DNA of 64,000 nt from an uncultured Clostridia bacterium (GTDB lineage: Bacteria; Bacillota; Clostridia; Christensenellales; Aristaeellaceae), in NCBI GenBank assembly GCA_947166385.1, contig CAMVEB010000017.1:4853-68852 (forward strand). Direction: 5' to 3'. The notes beneath the pieces were generated by a model, which was not told where the DNA came from, did no database searches, and saw only the letters and a program-made list of their open reading frames with translations. A program made the translations under genes and the position numbers. Below, one piece after another: positions 19,245-30,000 of this stretch; within the stretch, counting starts at the first letter, position 1; every line of letters begins with the position of its first letter.

Positions 19245-20522
19245 TCATTCCCTGATAATCATGCTGTCCCGTTCCGCACCGACGGAAATATAGGTGATCG
19301 GACATCCGATGGCCTTCTCGATCATGGTCACATAGGCCCGCGTCGCTTCCGGCAGTTCTTCCCACCGGCGGATTCCGGAAATATCCTGCTGCCATCCCGG
19401 CACCGTCACAGTCACCGGTTCCGCCTGTTTCAGCTCCGTTGGAAACGGAAACTCCTCCGTCTCTTCTCCGTTAATCCGATAGCGTACGCAAACCGGGATT
19501 TCCGTCATATCGCTCAGCACATCCAGCTTGGTCAGGGCTATCTTTGTCGCTCCCTGCATCTCCACGCCATACCGGGTCGCCACCAGGTCAATCGGGCCGA
19601 CCCGCCGGGGACGACCTGTTTTCGCGCCATATTCCTGTCCTGCCTGCCGAAGCCTTTCGGCTTCCTCGCCGAACATCTCGCAGACAAACGGACCTTCTCC
19701 AACGCAGGTGGAGTACGCCTTTACCACCCCGATCACTTCCTCTGCCCGCAGAGAAGGCAGCCCGGCTCCGATCGGTGCGTACGCCGCCAGGGTGTTGGAT
19801 GACGTCGTGTATGGATAGATTCCGTAATCCAGATCCCGCAGTGCGCCCAGCTGCGCTTCAAAAAGCATCCGCTTTCCCTGATCCCTGGCCTTCTTCAGGT
19901 AGCTCCCCGTATCACAGATAAACGGCTTCACCGGTTCGCACCAGTCATGGATCCACGTTTCAAGCATCTCCATGGTATACGGCTCGCTGCCATATACCTT
20001 CGTCAGCGTCAGGTTTTTCCATTCCAGCAGGTCGCGCAGATGTTCCCGTAATTCCGCTGGATGGAACAGTTCCCCGGCCATTACAGTTTTCTTCTGATAC
20101 TTGTCGGAATAGAACGGCGCGATTCCCTGTTTGGTGGAGCCGTACATCTTGTCTGCCAGGCGTTGTTCCTCCAGGGCGTCAAGATCCCGGTGCCACGGCA
20201 GAAGCAGCGATGCCCTGCTGCTGATCTTCAGGTATTCCGGTGTCACGGAAACGCCTTTCGAGGCAACCTCCGCTATTTCTTTCCACAGGTTCTCCGGATC
20301 CAGCGCCACGCCGTTTCCCAGAATGTTCACCACCCCGTCGTGGAAAATTCCGGAGGGCAGCAGGTGAAGGGCGAATTTGCCCTTTTCATTGATCACGGTA
20401 TGTCCCGCGTTGCCGCCGCCCTGATAGCGGATTACAAGATCGTAGTCGGCCGTCAGCAGGTCCACCACCCGGCCCTTTCCTTCGTCCCCCCAGTTAATCC
20501 CGACAATCGCGCAGGTTTTCAT
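19245..20522 (-). CDS. purA: Adenylosuccinate synthetase
   Basis: 'NWGDEGKG', 'YQGGGNAGHT', 'GAKTGRPRRVG', 'TKLDVL'. Confidence 0.96.
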   Translation of the reverse strand: MKTCAIVGINWGDEGKGRVVDLLTADYDLVIRYQGGGNAGHTVINEKGKFALHLLPSGIFHDGVVNILGNGVALDPENLWKEIAEVASKGVSVTPEYLKISSRASLLLPWHRDLDALEEQRLADKMYGSTKQGIAPFYSDKYQKKTVMAGELFHPAELREHLRDLLEWKNLTLTKVYGSEPYTMEMLETWIHDWCEPVKPFICDTGSYLKKARDQGKRMLFEAQLGALRDLDYGIYPYTTSSNTLAAYAPIGAGLPSLRAEEVIGVVKAYSTCVGEGPFVCEMFGEEAERLRQAGQEYGAKTGRPRRVGPIDLVATRYGVEMQGATKIALTKLDVLSDMTEIPVCVRYRINGEETEEFPFPTELKQAEPVTVTVPGWQQDISGIRRWEELPEATRAYVTMIEKAIGCPITYISVGAERDSMIIRE

Positions 20523-21709
20523 TTCGTTTCCTCCAGCAGTTTTCTGATCCGTTCCGCGGCAGTCTTTGTCTCTTCCGGCTTACCGAAGGAAGACAGGCGG
20601 AAATAGCCCTCCCCACAGGCGCCGAAGCCCTCGCCGGGCGTCCCAATCACCTGAATCTCGTTCAGCAGCAGGTCAAAGAAATCCCAGCTCTTCATCCCGT
20701 TCGGGCATGCCATCCAGATATACGGAGCGTTCTTTCCACCCCAGTACCGGATGCCGGTCTGGTCCAGCGCGTCCATCAGAACCTGGGCATTCTGTTTGTA
20801 AATCCGGATATTCTCCTGGATCTGCTCCAGCCCCTCGTCCGAGAAAACCGCGATCCCCGCCTTCTGCAGGAGGTAGGAGATCCCGTTCGTCTTCGTTGTC
20901 CGGTTCCGCACCCACATGGCGTTCAGGTTCATGCCGTCCCGCTCCAGTGCTTTCGGGATCACGGTGTAGCCGAGCCGTGTACCGGTAAATCCGGCCGTTT
21001 TGGACAGCGAGCAGATTTCGATGGCGCAGGTTTCCGCACCGGGAATCTCAAAAATGCTGTGCGGCAGATCCCCTTCAATGAAAGCCTCGTAGGCCGCGTC
21101 AAAAAGAATGACCGCGCCGTGCCGGTTGGCATAGCCTACCCAGCTTTGCAGCTGTTCCCGGCTGTAAACCGCGCCGGTGGGGTTGTTCGGGGAACACAGG
21201 TAGATCAGGTCCGCCGCTGTGTCATCCCCTGGCAGGGGCAGGAAGTCATTCTCCGGTCCGGCGTTCAGGAAGAAGGTCTTCCGCCCGGCCATCACGCTGG
21301 CATCCACATACGCCGGATAGGCGGGCTGCGTGATCAGCGCCGGGGAACCCGCGTCAAACAGATCCAGGATATCCCCCAGTTCATCGCTTGCTCCGCTGGA
21401 AACAAAGATTTCCTCCGGATCCGGATGCACGCCTCTCCGGCTGTAGTAGCCCGCAACGGCGGCCCGGAATTCCGGGATCCCGCATTCCGGCGTATACCCA
21501 TGAAAAGTTTCTTCCTTCGCCTGGTCGTCTGCCGCGCTGTGCAGCGCCTGGATTGCTGCCCGGCACAGCGGCAGCGAAACGTCCCCGATTCCCAGGCGGT
21601 ACAGAGGCTTTTCCGGATGTTCGGCCCGGTACGCGGCCACTTTCTGTGATATCCCGAAGAACAGGTAGGATTCCTTCAGGTTCCTGTAATTTCCATTCGG
21701 TTTCAGCAT
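20519..21709 (-). CDS. dapL: LL-diaminopimelate aminotransferase
   Basis: 'YLFFGI', 'LGIGDV', 'YPAYVD', 'CSPNNPTG', 'DAAYEAFI', 'SLSKTAGFTGTR', 'GTPGEGFG'. Confidence 0.9.
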   Translation of the reverse strand: MLKPNGNYRNLKESYLFFGISQKVAAYRAEHPEKPLYRLGIGDVSLPLCRAAIQALHSAADDQAKEETFHGYTPECGIPEFRAAVAGYYSRRGVHPDPEEIFVSSGASDELGDILDLFDAGSPALITQPAYPAYVDASVMAGRKTFFLNAGPENDFLPLPGDDTAADLIYLCSPNNPTGAVYSREQLQSWVGYANRHGAVILFDAAYEAFIEGDLPHSIFEIPGAETCAIEICSLSKTAGFTGTRLGYTVIPKALERDGMNLNAMWVRNRTTKTNGISYLLQKAGIAVFSDEGLEQIQENIRIYKQNAQVLMDALDQTGIRYWGGKNAPYIWMACPNGMKSWDFFDLLLNEIQVIGTPGEGFGACGEGYFRLSSFGKPEETKTAAERIRKLLEETK

Positions 21710-21720
21710 GTTGTCCTCCC

Positions 21721-23589
21721 TTATTCCACCGTGACGCTTTTCGCCAGGTTTCTCGGCTTGTCCACATCCAGCCCGCGGTTAACGCTGGTATAGTATCCAA
21801 GCAGCTGCAGCGGCACCACGGCCAGCGACGCCATGAAGTGTTCGTCCGTCTTTGGAATATACACCGTGAAGTTTACCGAATCCTCCAGGTCAAAATTGCC
21901 GTTTGTCGTGATACCCAGCAGATAGCCTCCCCGGGACTTGCATTCCATCATGTTGGAAACGGTTTTTTCATACAGGGCCTTCTGCGTCAGCACACCGATG
22001 ATCAGCGTATTGTTTTCCACCAGACTGATCGTTCCGTGTTTCAGTTCCCCGGCGGCGTAGGCTTCCGAATGAATGTAGCTGATCTCCTTCATCTTCAGGC
22101 TGCCTTCCAGGCTGATGGCATAGTCCAGCCCCCGGCCGATGAAGAAAATATCCCGGGTATTGGCCATCTTGGAGGAAAACCACTGCAGTCGTTCCTTCTC
22201 CTCCAGGATCCGGCTGATTTTTTCCGGAATCAGGGCCAGTTCCCCCAGCAGCCGCTCCGCTTCCTCCGCTGTCATTTTCTCCCGGATCCGGGCCATATGG
22301 ATTGCCAGCACATCCGAAGCAATCAGCTGGGCGCTGTAGGCTTTGGTCGTCGCCACGGCAATTTCCGGCCCCGCCAGGGTATACAGTACATGATCCGCTT
22401 CCCGCGCGATTGTGGATCCGATGACGTTCACGATAGCAAGTGTCTGGGCGCCCCGTTCCTTGGCAACCCGCAGTGCCGCAAGGCTGTCCGCCGTCTCCCC
22501 GGACTGAGAAATGATGATCACCAGGGTTCCCCCGCTGATTGGAATGCTGCGGTAGCGGAATTCCGAGGCCAGCTCCACCCGAACCGGGATTCCGGCCAGG
22601 TCCTCCATCACGTACTGAGCCGCCATGCCGACATGCCACGCGGACCCGCAGGCCACAATGACGATCTGTTCAATCGAACGGATCGCGTCCTCTGTCAGTC
22701 CCGTCTGGGACAGGTCGACCCATCCGTCCTTCACGATGCTGTTCAGTGTATCCCGCACAGCTCCCGGCTGCTCATGGATCTCTTTCAGCATGAAATGCTC
22801 AAATCCGCCCTTTTCCGCCGCTTCCGCGTCCCAGGTAATCTCCGTCAGCGGCATCTCAACCTCGTCCCCGTTCAGGTCATAGAACAGAGCCTTCCCCGGT
22901 GAAACCCGGGCCACCTGCAGGTTATCAATGTAATAGACCTGCCGGGTATATTTCAGAATGGCCGGTACGTCGGATGCCAGGTAGGCTTCCCCGTCCTCCG
23001 CCCCGATAATCAGCGGAGAATCTTTTCTCGCCGCGAAGATCTCATCCGGATAGTCCTTGAACATAAGCGCTAGGGCATAACTTCCCCGAATTCGCACCAT
23101 CGTCCGGGTAATGGCGTCCACCGGGCCGATTTTGTATTTTTTGTAGTAGTAGTCCACCAGCTTCACAGCCACTTCCGTGTCGGTGTCGCTGTAGAAGACG
23201 TATCCGTGCCGCAGCAGTTTTTCCTTCAACTCCGTATAGTTCTCAATGATCCCGTTGTGCACGCCCACCACATCGGATTCCACGGCACCGCTTCCGGATC
23301 CGGAGCAGTTCCCGCTGACATGGGGATGCGCGTTGACAATGCTGGGATCCCCGTGGGTAGCCCACCGGGTATGTCCGATCCCGCAGCATCCCGCCAGGGC
23401 CCGGCCCTGGTCGGTCTTGTCTGCCAGATGATACAGTTTCCCCGTCGCCTTGACAACCTCCGCCAGTGCTGCCCCGTTGCGTACAGCCAGCCCGGCGGAA
23501 TCATACCCCCGGTACTCCAGCCGGGAAAGGCTGTCCAGCAGAATGGGCGCCGCCTGCCGGCGCCCTGTGTATCCGACAATTCCGCACAT
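21721..23589 (-). CDS. glmS: Glutamine-fructose-6-phosphate transaminase
   Basis: 'MCGIVGY', 'EYRGYDSAG', 'GHTRWATHG', 'SQSGETAD', 'EAYAAGELKHG', 'DVDKPRNLAKSVTVE'; start ATG 23589. Confidence 0.97.
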   Translation of the reverse strand: MCGIVGYTGRRQAAPILLDSLSRLEYRGYDSAGLAVRNGAALAEVVKATGKLYHLADKTDQGRALAGCCGIGHTRWATHGDPSIVNAHPHVSGNCSGSGSGAVESDVVGVHNGIIENYTELKEKLLRHGYVFYSDTDTEVAVKLVDYYYKKYKIGPVDAITRTMVRIRGSYALALMFKDYPDEIFAARKDSPLIIGAEDGEAYLASDVPAILKYTRQVYYIDNLQVARVSPGKALFYDLNGDEVEMPLTEITWDAEAAEKGGFEHFMLKEIHEQPGAVRDTLNSIVKDGWVDLSQTGLTEDAIRSIEQIVIVACGSAWHVGMAAQYVMEDLAGIPVRVELASEFRYRSIPISGGTLVIIISQSGETADSLAALRVAKERGAQTLAIVNVIGSTIAREADHVLYTLAGPEIAVATTKAYSAQLIASDVLAIHMARIREKMTAEEAERLLGELALIPEKISRILEEKERLQWFSSKMANTRDIFFIGRGLDYAISLEGSLKMKEISYIHSEAYAAGELKHGTISLVENNTLIIGVLTQKALYEKTVSNMMECKSRGGYLLGITTNGNFDLEDSVNFTVYIPKTDEHFMASLAVVPLQLLGYYTSVNRGLDVDKPRNLAKSVTVE

Positions 23590-23613
23590 GCGCAAATCCT
23601 CCTCAAACAAATC

Positions 23614-23696
23614 AAAAAACAGGTGAATGTGCCGTCCTGCCTGACCTCATTGCCTGTCCGCGAAGGATTTTATCATGAATGATTCTTTCTTGTCAA
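23614..23696 (-). promoter_or_regulatory. Promoter plus ANTAR-like hairpin/terminator leader of the glmS operon
   Basis: TTGACA (23691-96), 18 nt, TAAAAT (23667-72); GGC-AATGAG-GTC (23643-54) overlapping an imperfect terminator ACAGG..AATG...CATT..CCTGT-TTTTT. Confidence 0.7.
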
Positions 23697-23731
23697 TACA
23701 TTATAATACAACAATACATTCTGAAGACAAC

Positions 23732-23767
23732 AGGGAACAGGCGCCGCGTCTGCGGCGCCTGTTCCCT
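23732..23767 (-). terminator. Strong hairpin downstream of amtB-PII
   Basis: 16-bp perfect stem AGGGAACAGGCGCCGC / GCGGCGCCTGTTCCCT with 4-nt loop; U-tract is weak. Confidence 0.65.
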
Positions 23768-23774
23768 CCCACTG

Positions 23775-25481
23775 TCAGTCGGATTGCAGTGCGTCGTACC
23801 CTTCCTCTCCTGTACGGACGCGTACCACATTCTCCACATCGGTAATAAAAATCTTGCCGTCTCCGATATGTCCCGTATGCAGGACATTCCTGGCCGTCTC
23901 GATCACCTCGCACACCGGCACCTTGCTCACCACGATATCCACCTGCACTTTCGGCAGCAGCGTCACTTCCACCGGTGTGCCGCGGTAGTACTCGGGCTTT
24001 CCTTTCTGTGCACCGTATCCCATGACGTTGGTAACAGTCATACCGGTAATTCCGATCCGGTTCATCGCTGTCTTCAGGCTCTCCAGACTGGCCGGACGAC
24101 AGATGATCTGAACCCGGGTATACACCGGTTCATCCGGCGCCTTCTCCTTCGCTTTCCGGACTGGTGTTTCCGCTGCGGCCGCAGCCGGAGCAGCTGTCGG
24201 AATAACCTCCCCGCCGCCGACGCTTTCTTCCGGAAGCATCGCGATTCCGGCGTACGCTGTCGGAAGTCCGTGTTCGCTGCGGTCCAGACCCATCACTTCA
24301 TCCGCGGAATCAGCCCGCAGACCGATTGCCTTTTTGATCAGCAGGAATACGACCGTAATAATCACTGCCGTCCAGGCGATCACCGTCAGCACCCCGAGGC
24401 ACTGAACTCCCAGGAATTTGAATCCGCCGCCGTAGAAAACACCTTTCATCGTGGTTTGTCCGGTAGCAAAGAAACCGGTCAGGATCGTGCCCAGCGCGCC
24501 GCATACACCGTGAACGGAAATTGCGCCGACCGGATCGTCGATTTTCACCACCCTGTCGAAAAAGCTCACAGCCAGCACCACGGCAAACCCGCAGACCACA
24601 CCGATCACGGCTGCTCCGAAGGGATCCACAGCGTCGCATCCCGCTGTGATGCCCACCAGCCCCGCCAGCGCTGCGTTGAAGGTCATGGAAACATCCGGCT
24701 TGCCGTACCTGATCCAGGTAAAGAGCATGGTGACCAGCGTCGCCAGGGCCGCCGACAGGTTCGTATTGAAGAACACCAGGCTGGCGGAGCCGATCAGCTC
24801 GTCGCTGTCCATCCCCACGGTGGAAGCGCCGTTGAAGCCGAACCAGCAGAACCAGAGGATGAATACCCCCAGCGCGGCAATGGACAGGTTGTGTCCCAGG
24901 ATGGCCCGGGGCTTTCCGTCCTTTCCGTATTTACCGATCCGGGGCCCCAGGATCTTCGCTCCGACCAGGGCGCAAACACCGCCGACCATGTGTACCGCCG
25001 TGGATCCGGCAAAATCATGGAATCCCATTTCCGCCAGCCAGCCGCCGCCCCAGATCCAGTGTCCGCTGACCGGATAAATAAACAGGGAAATCGCCGCGGA
25101 ATAGATGCAGTATGCTGAGAATTTGGTTCGCTCCGCCATCGATCCGGATACAATCGTTGCCGACGTCGCACAGAAAACCGTCTGGAAAATGGCAAACGCC
25201 CACAGCGGAACCCCCGCTGGCAGCACGCTTTCGTATTCCTTCATGATGAAAGGATCAATCCATCCGAAGACCGCCGTGCCTGTCCCGAACATAATCCCGA
25301 ATCCGAACAACCAGTACAGCGGGGTGCCGATGCAGAAATCCATCAGGTTCTTCATCAGGATATTACCGGTATTCTTGGCCCGGGTAAATCCGGCTTCGCA
25401 CATGGCAAACCCGGCCTGCATGAAGAAAACCAGCGCTGCGCCCAGCAGCACCCAGATTGTGTTCGCGGGAGAGTACATCAT
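23775..25481 (-). CDS. amtB: Ammonium transporter fused to a C-terminal PII (GlnK-like) domain
   Basis: Amt motifs 'FMQAGFAM', 'DFAGSTAVH', 'LWFCWFGFN', 'DDPVGAISVHG'; Ala/Pro linker; PII 'GITGMTV', 'YYRG', 'TGHIGDGKIF', 'RVRTGE'. Confidence 0.93.
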   Translation of the reverse strand: MMYSPANTIWVLLGAALVFFMQAGFAMCEAGFTRAKNTGNILMKNLMDFCIGTPLYWLFGFGIMFGTGTAVFGWIDPFIMKEYESVLPAGVPLWAFAIFQTVFCATSATIVSGSMAERTKFSAYCIYSAAISLFIYPVSGHWIWGGGWLAEMGFHDFAGSTAVHMVGGVCALVGAKILGPRIGKYGKDGKPRAILGHNLSIAALGVFILWFCWFGFNGASTVGMDSDELIGSASLVFFNTNLSAALATLVTMLFTWIRYGKPDVSMTFNAALAGLVGITAGCDAVDPFGAAVIGVVCGFAVVLAVSFFDRVVKIDDPVGAISVHGVCGALGTILTGFFATGQTTMKGVFYGGGFKFLGVQCLGVLTVIAWTAVIITVVFLLIKKAIGLRADSADEVMGLDRSEHGLPTAYAGIAMLPEESVGGGEVIPTAAPAAAAAETPVRKAKEKAPDEPVYTRVQIICRPASLESLKTAMNRIGITGMTVTNVMGYGAQKGKPEYYRGTPVEVTLLPKVQVDIVVSKVPVCEVIETARNVLHTGHIGDGKIFITDVENVVRVRTGEEGYDALQSD

Positions 25482-25514
25482 GATCCTCACTTCCGTTTCA
25501 GGTTATTTCCAACG

Positions 25515-25596
25515 AAAAAAGGCGCCGGGTGCTTCCACGCACCCTTGCGCCTTGTTGGATGGTCGTTATTGTATACAGTATCCATCTTCCTGTCAA
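25515..25596 (-). promoter_or_regulatory. Promoter plus ANTAR-like hairpin/terminator leader of amtB-PII
   Basis: TTGACA (25591-96), 17 nt, TACAAT (25568-73); GCGC-AAGGGT-GCGT (25537-50) overlapping terminator GGCGC..GGGTGC-GTGGAA-GCACCC.GCGCC-TTTTTT. Confidence 0.8.
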
Positions 25597-25643
25597 GTGA
25601 AAAACAACTGAAATACAAAAGATCAAAAATCTTTCTCTTTTCG

Positions 25644-27050
25644 TCAGCGCCAGGAGCAAAGGAACCGGTGTGCTTCCCGCGCGGCCGCCTGTCCGTCCGC
25701 CAGCGCACGAACCACCAGGCTCTGCCCTGTCCGCATGTCTCCGGCGCTGAACAGTTTTCCGCCCAGGCAGTGGGATCCGTCCTCCGGCATCAGCCTTCCC
25801 CTGGGATCCGTCGCCAGTCCGAATTGCTTCGGGATCTTTTCCTCGCAGCCTGTGAATCCGGCTGCGATCAGCATCAGTTCGCACGGCAGGATTTCTTCCG
25901 ATCCCGGCACAGGTTCCATCTTCCCTGCCGGTGTTCTCCGCAGTTTCACGATTTCCGCACCGGTCATCTTATTCTGGTCGTCCGTCAGAATCCGCTTGAC
26001 CGTCGTCTCGTAAACCCGCGGATCGCTGCCCTGCACAGCCACGGCCTCCGTCTGGCCGTAGTCCGTCCGCAGCGTCCTCGGCCACTCCGGCCAGGGATTG
26101 CCGGATGTCCGGATGGCCGGGGGAGCCGGCATCATCTCCAGCTGGGTCACGGAGGCGCACCCCTGGCGCAGCACGGTACCCACGCAGTCGTTTCCCGTAT
26201 CCCCGCCGCCGACGACAATCACATGCCTGCCCTCCGCGAACCGGCAGTTCTCGCCCCGCAGCAGCGCTTTCGTGGTCTTGGTCAGATAGTCCACCGCGAA
26301 GCAGATGCCTTCCGCATCCATGTGTTCAGCGTTCAGCGTCCTGGGTTTTCTGGACCCGCCGCACAGTATCACGGCATCATAAGCCTCCAGTTCTTCCGGG
26401 TCCGCTTCCCGTCCGGTCCGGAAAACCACACCTTCCTCCTCCATCAGCCGGATTCGCCTTTCCACAATGCCCTTCGGCAGCTTCATGTTCGGAATCCCGT
26501 ACATCAGTAGCCCGCCGGGCCGGTCTGCCCGTTCAAACACAGTCACCGCGTGTCCCATTCGGTTCAGCAGATCCGCCGCCGCCAGTCCCGCCGGGCCGCT
26601 GCCGATGACAGCCGCCTGTTTTCCGGTTCGCACAGTGGGAACCCGCCGCCTGATCCAGCCCTTCTCGAATCCTTTTTCAATCAGATACAGCTCGTTGTCC
26701 CGGTTCGTCACACCGTCGTCCGCCAGGTTGCAGGCTTTTTCGCACAGAGCCGGGCAAACCCGTCCCGTGAATTCCGGAAAAGGCGCTGTTTCCAGCAGGC
26801 GTTCCAGCGCTTCCTTTTCCAGTCCCCGGTACAGCAGGTCGTTCCATTCCGGAATCAGGTTGTGCAGCGGGCATCCAAAGGCTGACTGGCAGAACGGAAC
26901 CCCGCAGTTCATGCAGCGCGAAGCCTGACAGGCCCGCTCTTCCGCTCCCTGTGGAATATGCAGGTCTTCATAGTCGGAAAGCCTCTCCCGGGCGTCCCGG
27001 AACAGGTTCTCCTTCCGGGCATACTCCAGAAAACCGGTTGCTTTGCCCAT
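25644..27050 (-). CDS. gltD: Glutamate synthase small (NAD(P)H) subunit
   Basis: 'MGKATGFLEY', 'RCMNCGVPFC', 'FPEFTGRVCPALCE', 'GSGPAGLAAA', 'GGGDTGNDC', 'AGDMRTGQSLVV'. Confidence 0.95.
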   Translation of the reverse strand: MGKATGFLEYARKENLFRDARERLSDYEDLHIPQGAEERACQASRCMNCGVPFCQSAFGCPLHNLIPEWNDLLYRGLEKEALERLLETAPFPEFTGRVCPALCEKACNLADDGVTNRDNELYLIEKGFEKGWIRRRVPTVRTGKQAAVIGSGPAGLAAADLLNRMGHAVTVFERADRPGGLLMYGIPNMKLPKGIVERRIRLMEEEGVVFRTGREADPEELEAYDAVILCGGSRKPRTLNAEHMDAEGICFAVDYLTKTTKALLRGENCRFAEGRHVIVVGGGDTGNDCVGTVLRQGCASVTQLEMMPAPPAIRTSGNPWPEWPRTLRTDYGQTEAVAVQGSDPRVYETTVKRILTDDQNKMTGAEIVKLRRTPAGKMEPVPGSEEILPCELMLIAAGFTGCEEKIPKQFGLATDPRGRLMPEDGSHCLGGKLFSAGDMRTGQSLVVRALADGQAAAREAHRFLCSWR

Positions 27051-27053
27051 TGC

Positions 27054-30000
27054 TCAAGCCCCCTTCATATAGGCCAGGTATTCATCGGAAATAACAGCCC
27101 GGAATTTTGGCAGATATTCCCGGAACGACGCCAGGATTTCCGCGGCCTTTCGGGATCCCGTCGCTTTCTCGTGCATGGTCAGCAGGCGTTCCAGTTCCCC
27201 GGCTTCCTCCGGCGCCACCGGATACATCCGGACATGTCCGGAATTCAGGTGATCCTTCAGTCTGTCGTTTTCATCCAGCACCCAGGCAATCCCGCCGCTC
27301 ATGCCGGCTGCAAAGTTGTCCCCCGCAGGGCCCAGGATAGCCACCCGGCCGCCGGTCATATACTCGCATCCGTGATCCCCGACGCCTTCCGCCACGGCCC
27401 ACGCGCCCGAATTCCTCACAGCGAACCGTTCTCCGGCCATACCGGCAACAAAGGCATATCCGCCGGTTGCTCCGTACAGGGCCACATTGCCGATCAGCGT
27501 ATCCTCCTGCCGCCAGATACTGTCCGCCGGCGGACAGACCGCCAGTGTTCCGCCGGATAATCCCTTGCCCAGGTAATCGTTTGCCACGCCGAACAGCGTG
27601 ATTGTCTGTCCTGCCGGCAGGAAAGCGCCGAAGGACTGACCGCCGCACCCCAGCGCCTGGATGTTTCTTTCCCCTTTGAGCATCGTTCCGAAGGCCCGGT
27701 CCGTTGTCATCAGGTGCACATGGTTCTGGAAAAGCCGCGCATCCGTCCGCTCCGCCAGATGGAAATCATGCTTCGCTTCCGGGCGGAAGTATGTATTCCG
27801 CGCAAAACCGATCAGGTCGCTCAGATCCATTCTGGCATCTGTTTTCATTTTCAGCAGGTCGCTGCGTCCCACCAGCTCGTTCACCGTGCGCGCGCCCAGC
27901 TTTGCCATGATCTCCCGCAGCTGCTCCGCGATAAACAGCATGAACCGTTCCACATACTCCGGTTTCCCGGCAAACTTCTTCCGCAGTTCCGGGTTCTGTG
28001 TGGCGATGCCAAAGGGGCAGGTTCCCAGGTGGCATACCCGCATCATCCGGCACCCCATGGTGACCAGCGGTGCCGTAGCAAACCCAAACTCTTCCGCCCC
28101 CAGCAGCAGCGCCACCGCCACATCATGGCCGGTCATCAGCTTTCCGTCCGTCTCCAGCGTCACCGTCTGCCGCAGCCGGTTCCGGCACAGCACCTGGTGA
28201 GCCTCCGCCAGGCCGATCTCCCACGGCAGTCCCGCATGGTGCACGCTGCTCAGCGGCACCGCGCCGGTCCCGCCTTCCCCGCCAGAGATCAGGATCCCGC
28301 CCGCGCCGGCCTTGGCCACGCCGCTGGCGATTGTTCCCACGCCGGTAGAAGAAACCAGTTTGACGGTAATCTTTGCGTTTTCATTGGCGCATTGCAGGTC
28401 GTAAATCAGTTCCGCCAGATCCTCAATCGAGTAGATATCGTGGTGAGGAGGCGGAGAAATCAGCGAGATTCCCGGTGTGGAGCAGCGGGTTCTCGCCACG
28501 CTGTCCGTTACCTTGGCCCCAGGCAGGTGTCCGCCCTCTCCCGGCTTTGCTCCCTGGGCCATCTTAATCTGAATCTCCTTTGCACTCAGCAGGTATTCCC
28601 GCGTCACGCCGAACCGGCCGGAGGCCACCTGCTTGATCGCGGAATTCAGGTCCGTCCCGAACCGTTCAGGCAGTTCCCCGCCTTCTCCGCTGTTGGATTT
28701 CCCGCCCAGGTGGTTCATCGCCCGGGCCATGCATTCGTGCGCCTCCTGCGATATCGAGCCATAGCTCATGGCGCCGGTCCGGAAGCGCTTTACAATGGAT
28801 TCCGCGCTCTCTACTTCTTCCAGCGGCACTTCCCGGCAGGCTTCAAACCGGAATTCCAGCATCGAGCGGATCGTCCGCGGCCCGTCGTTTTCCACCTGCG
28901 CGGCATACCGGTCAAACAGTTCCCGGCTGTCGGTCATCACCGCCTGCTGCAGCAGATGAATCGTCTCCGGGGAATACAGGTGTTCTTCCGCCTGCGGCCC
29001 GGTCCGCAGCCGGTGTATACCGATCGCCGGCAGACCTTTCCCGTCCTCGCCGAACGCTTCTGCGTGATGGAATCGGCTGTCCGCCTCCACCCTGTCCAGA
29101 TCCGTCCCCCCCAGGGTGCACGGGGTGTTTGTGAAGTATTTTTCAACAAATGGCCTGTCCAGTCCCACGGTTTCAAACAGTTGCGCGCTCTGGTAAGCCT
29201 GCAGGGTGGAAACGCCCATCTTGGATGCGATCTTCAGCACCCCGGCCGTCAGTGCCCGATCATAGTTTCGCAGGGCGGTCTCCGGCTCCGTCGTAATTGC
29301 GCCGTTCTTGCACAGATTCAGGATCCAGGCGTGCGCCAGGTAGGGATTCACCGCCCGCGCGCCGAATGCCGTCAGCAGCGCCAGATGATGAACATCCCGC
29401 GGTTCTCCGCTCTCCAGCACCACGGAAACAGCCGTTCTTTTCTTGATCCGGATCAGGTGCTGCTCCAGCGCGGACACCGCCAGCAGCGACGGAATCGCCA
29501 GGTGCTCCGCGTCCACACCCCGGTCGGAAAGGATCAGGATGTTGATCCTGTCCCGGCAGGCCTGATCGCAGGCCGCAAACAGGGACTCCAGCGCGTCCCG
29601 GAGATTCCCGTCTGTCGGATACAGAATGGAAACCGTGCGCACGGCAAACGCCGGATGCCGGATCTCCCGGATTCTCCGGAATTCTTCCTCTGTCAGGACC
29701 GGGGAAGGCAGTTCCAGCACCGTACAGTTCTCCGGTTCATGGGACAGCAGGTTCCCGTCGTCCCCGATATAGATGGAACAGTCTGTTTTGATTTCTTCCC
29801 GCAGTGCGTCGATCGGGGGGTTTGTCACCTGCGCGAACCGCTGTTTGAAGTAGTCAAACAGCGGGGGATGCGTCTTCGACAGCGCCGCCAGGGGTTCATC
29901 CGCCCCCATGGATACGATGGGTTCCGTCCCGTTTTCCGCCATCGGCCGCAGGATGTCCTGTACGTCTTCCCATGTATAGTGGAAAGCCTTGGCCAGCCGT

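Noticed and set aside
19222-19395. N-terminal extensions in the ORF track (purB, pyrG, glnA, guaA, pheA, EcfA, GH88, DUF5107 and others)
   Set aside because: They overlap upstream genes or leaders; internal starts with RBS match family N-termini.
23590-23700. glmS ribozyme
   Set aside because: The leader is about 70 nt and lacks the ribozyme core; it fits the shared hexaloop/terminator design.
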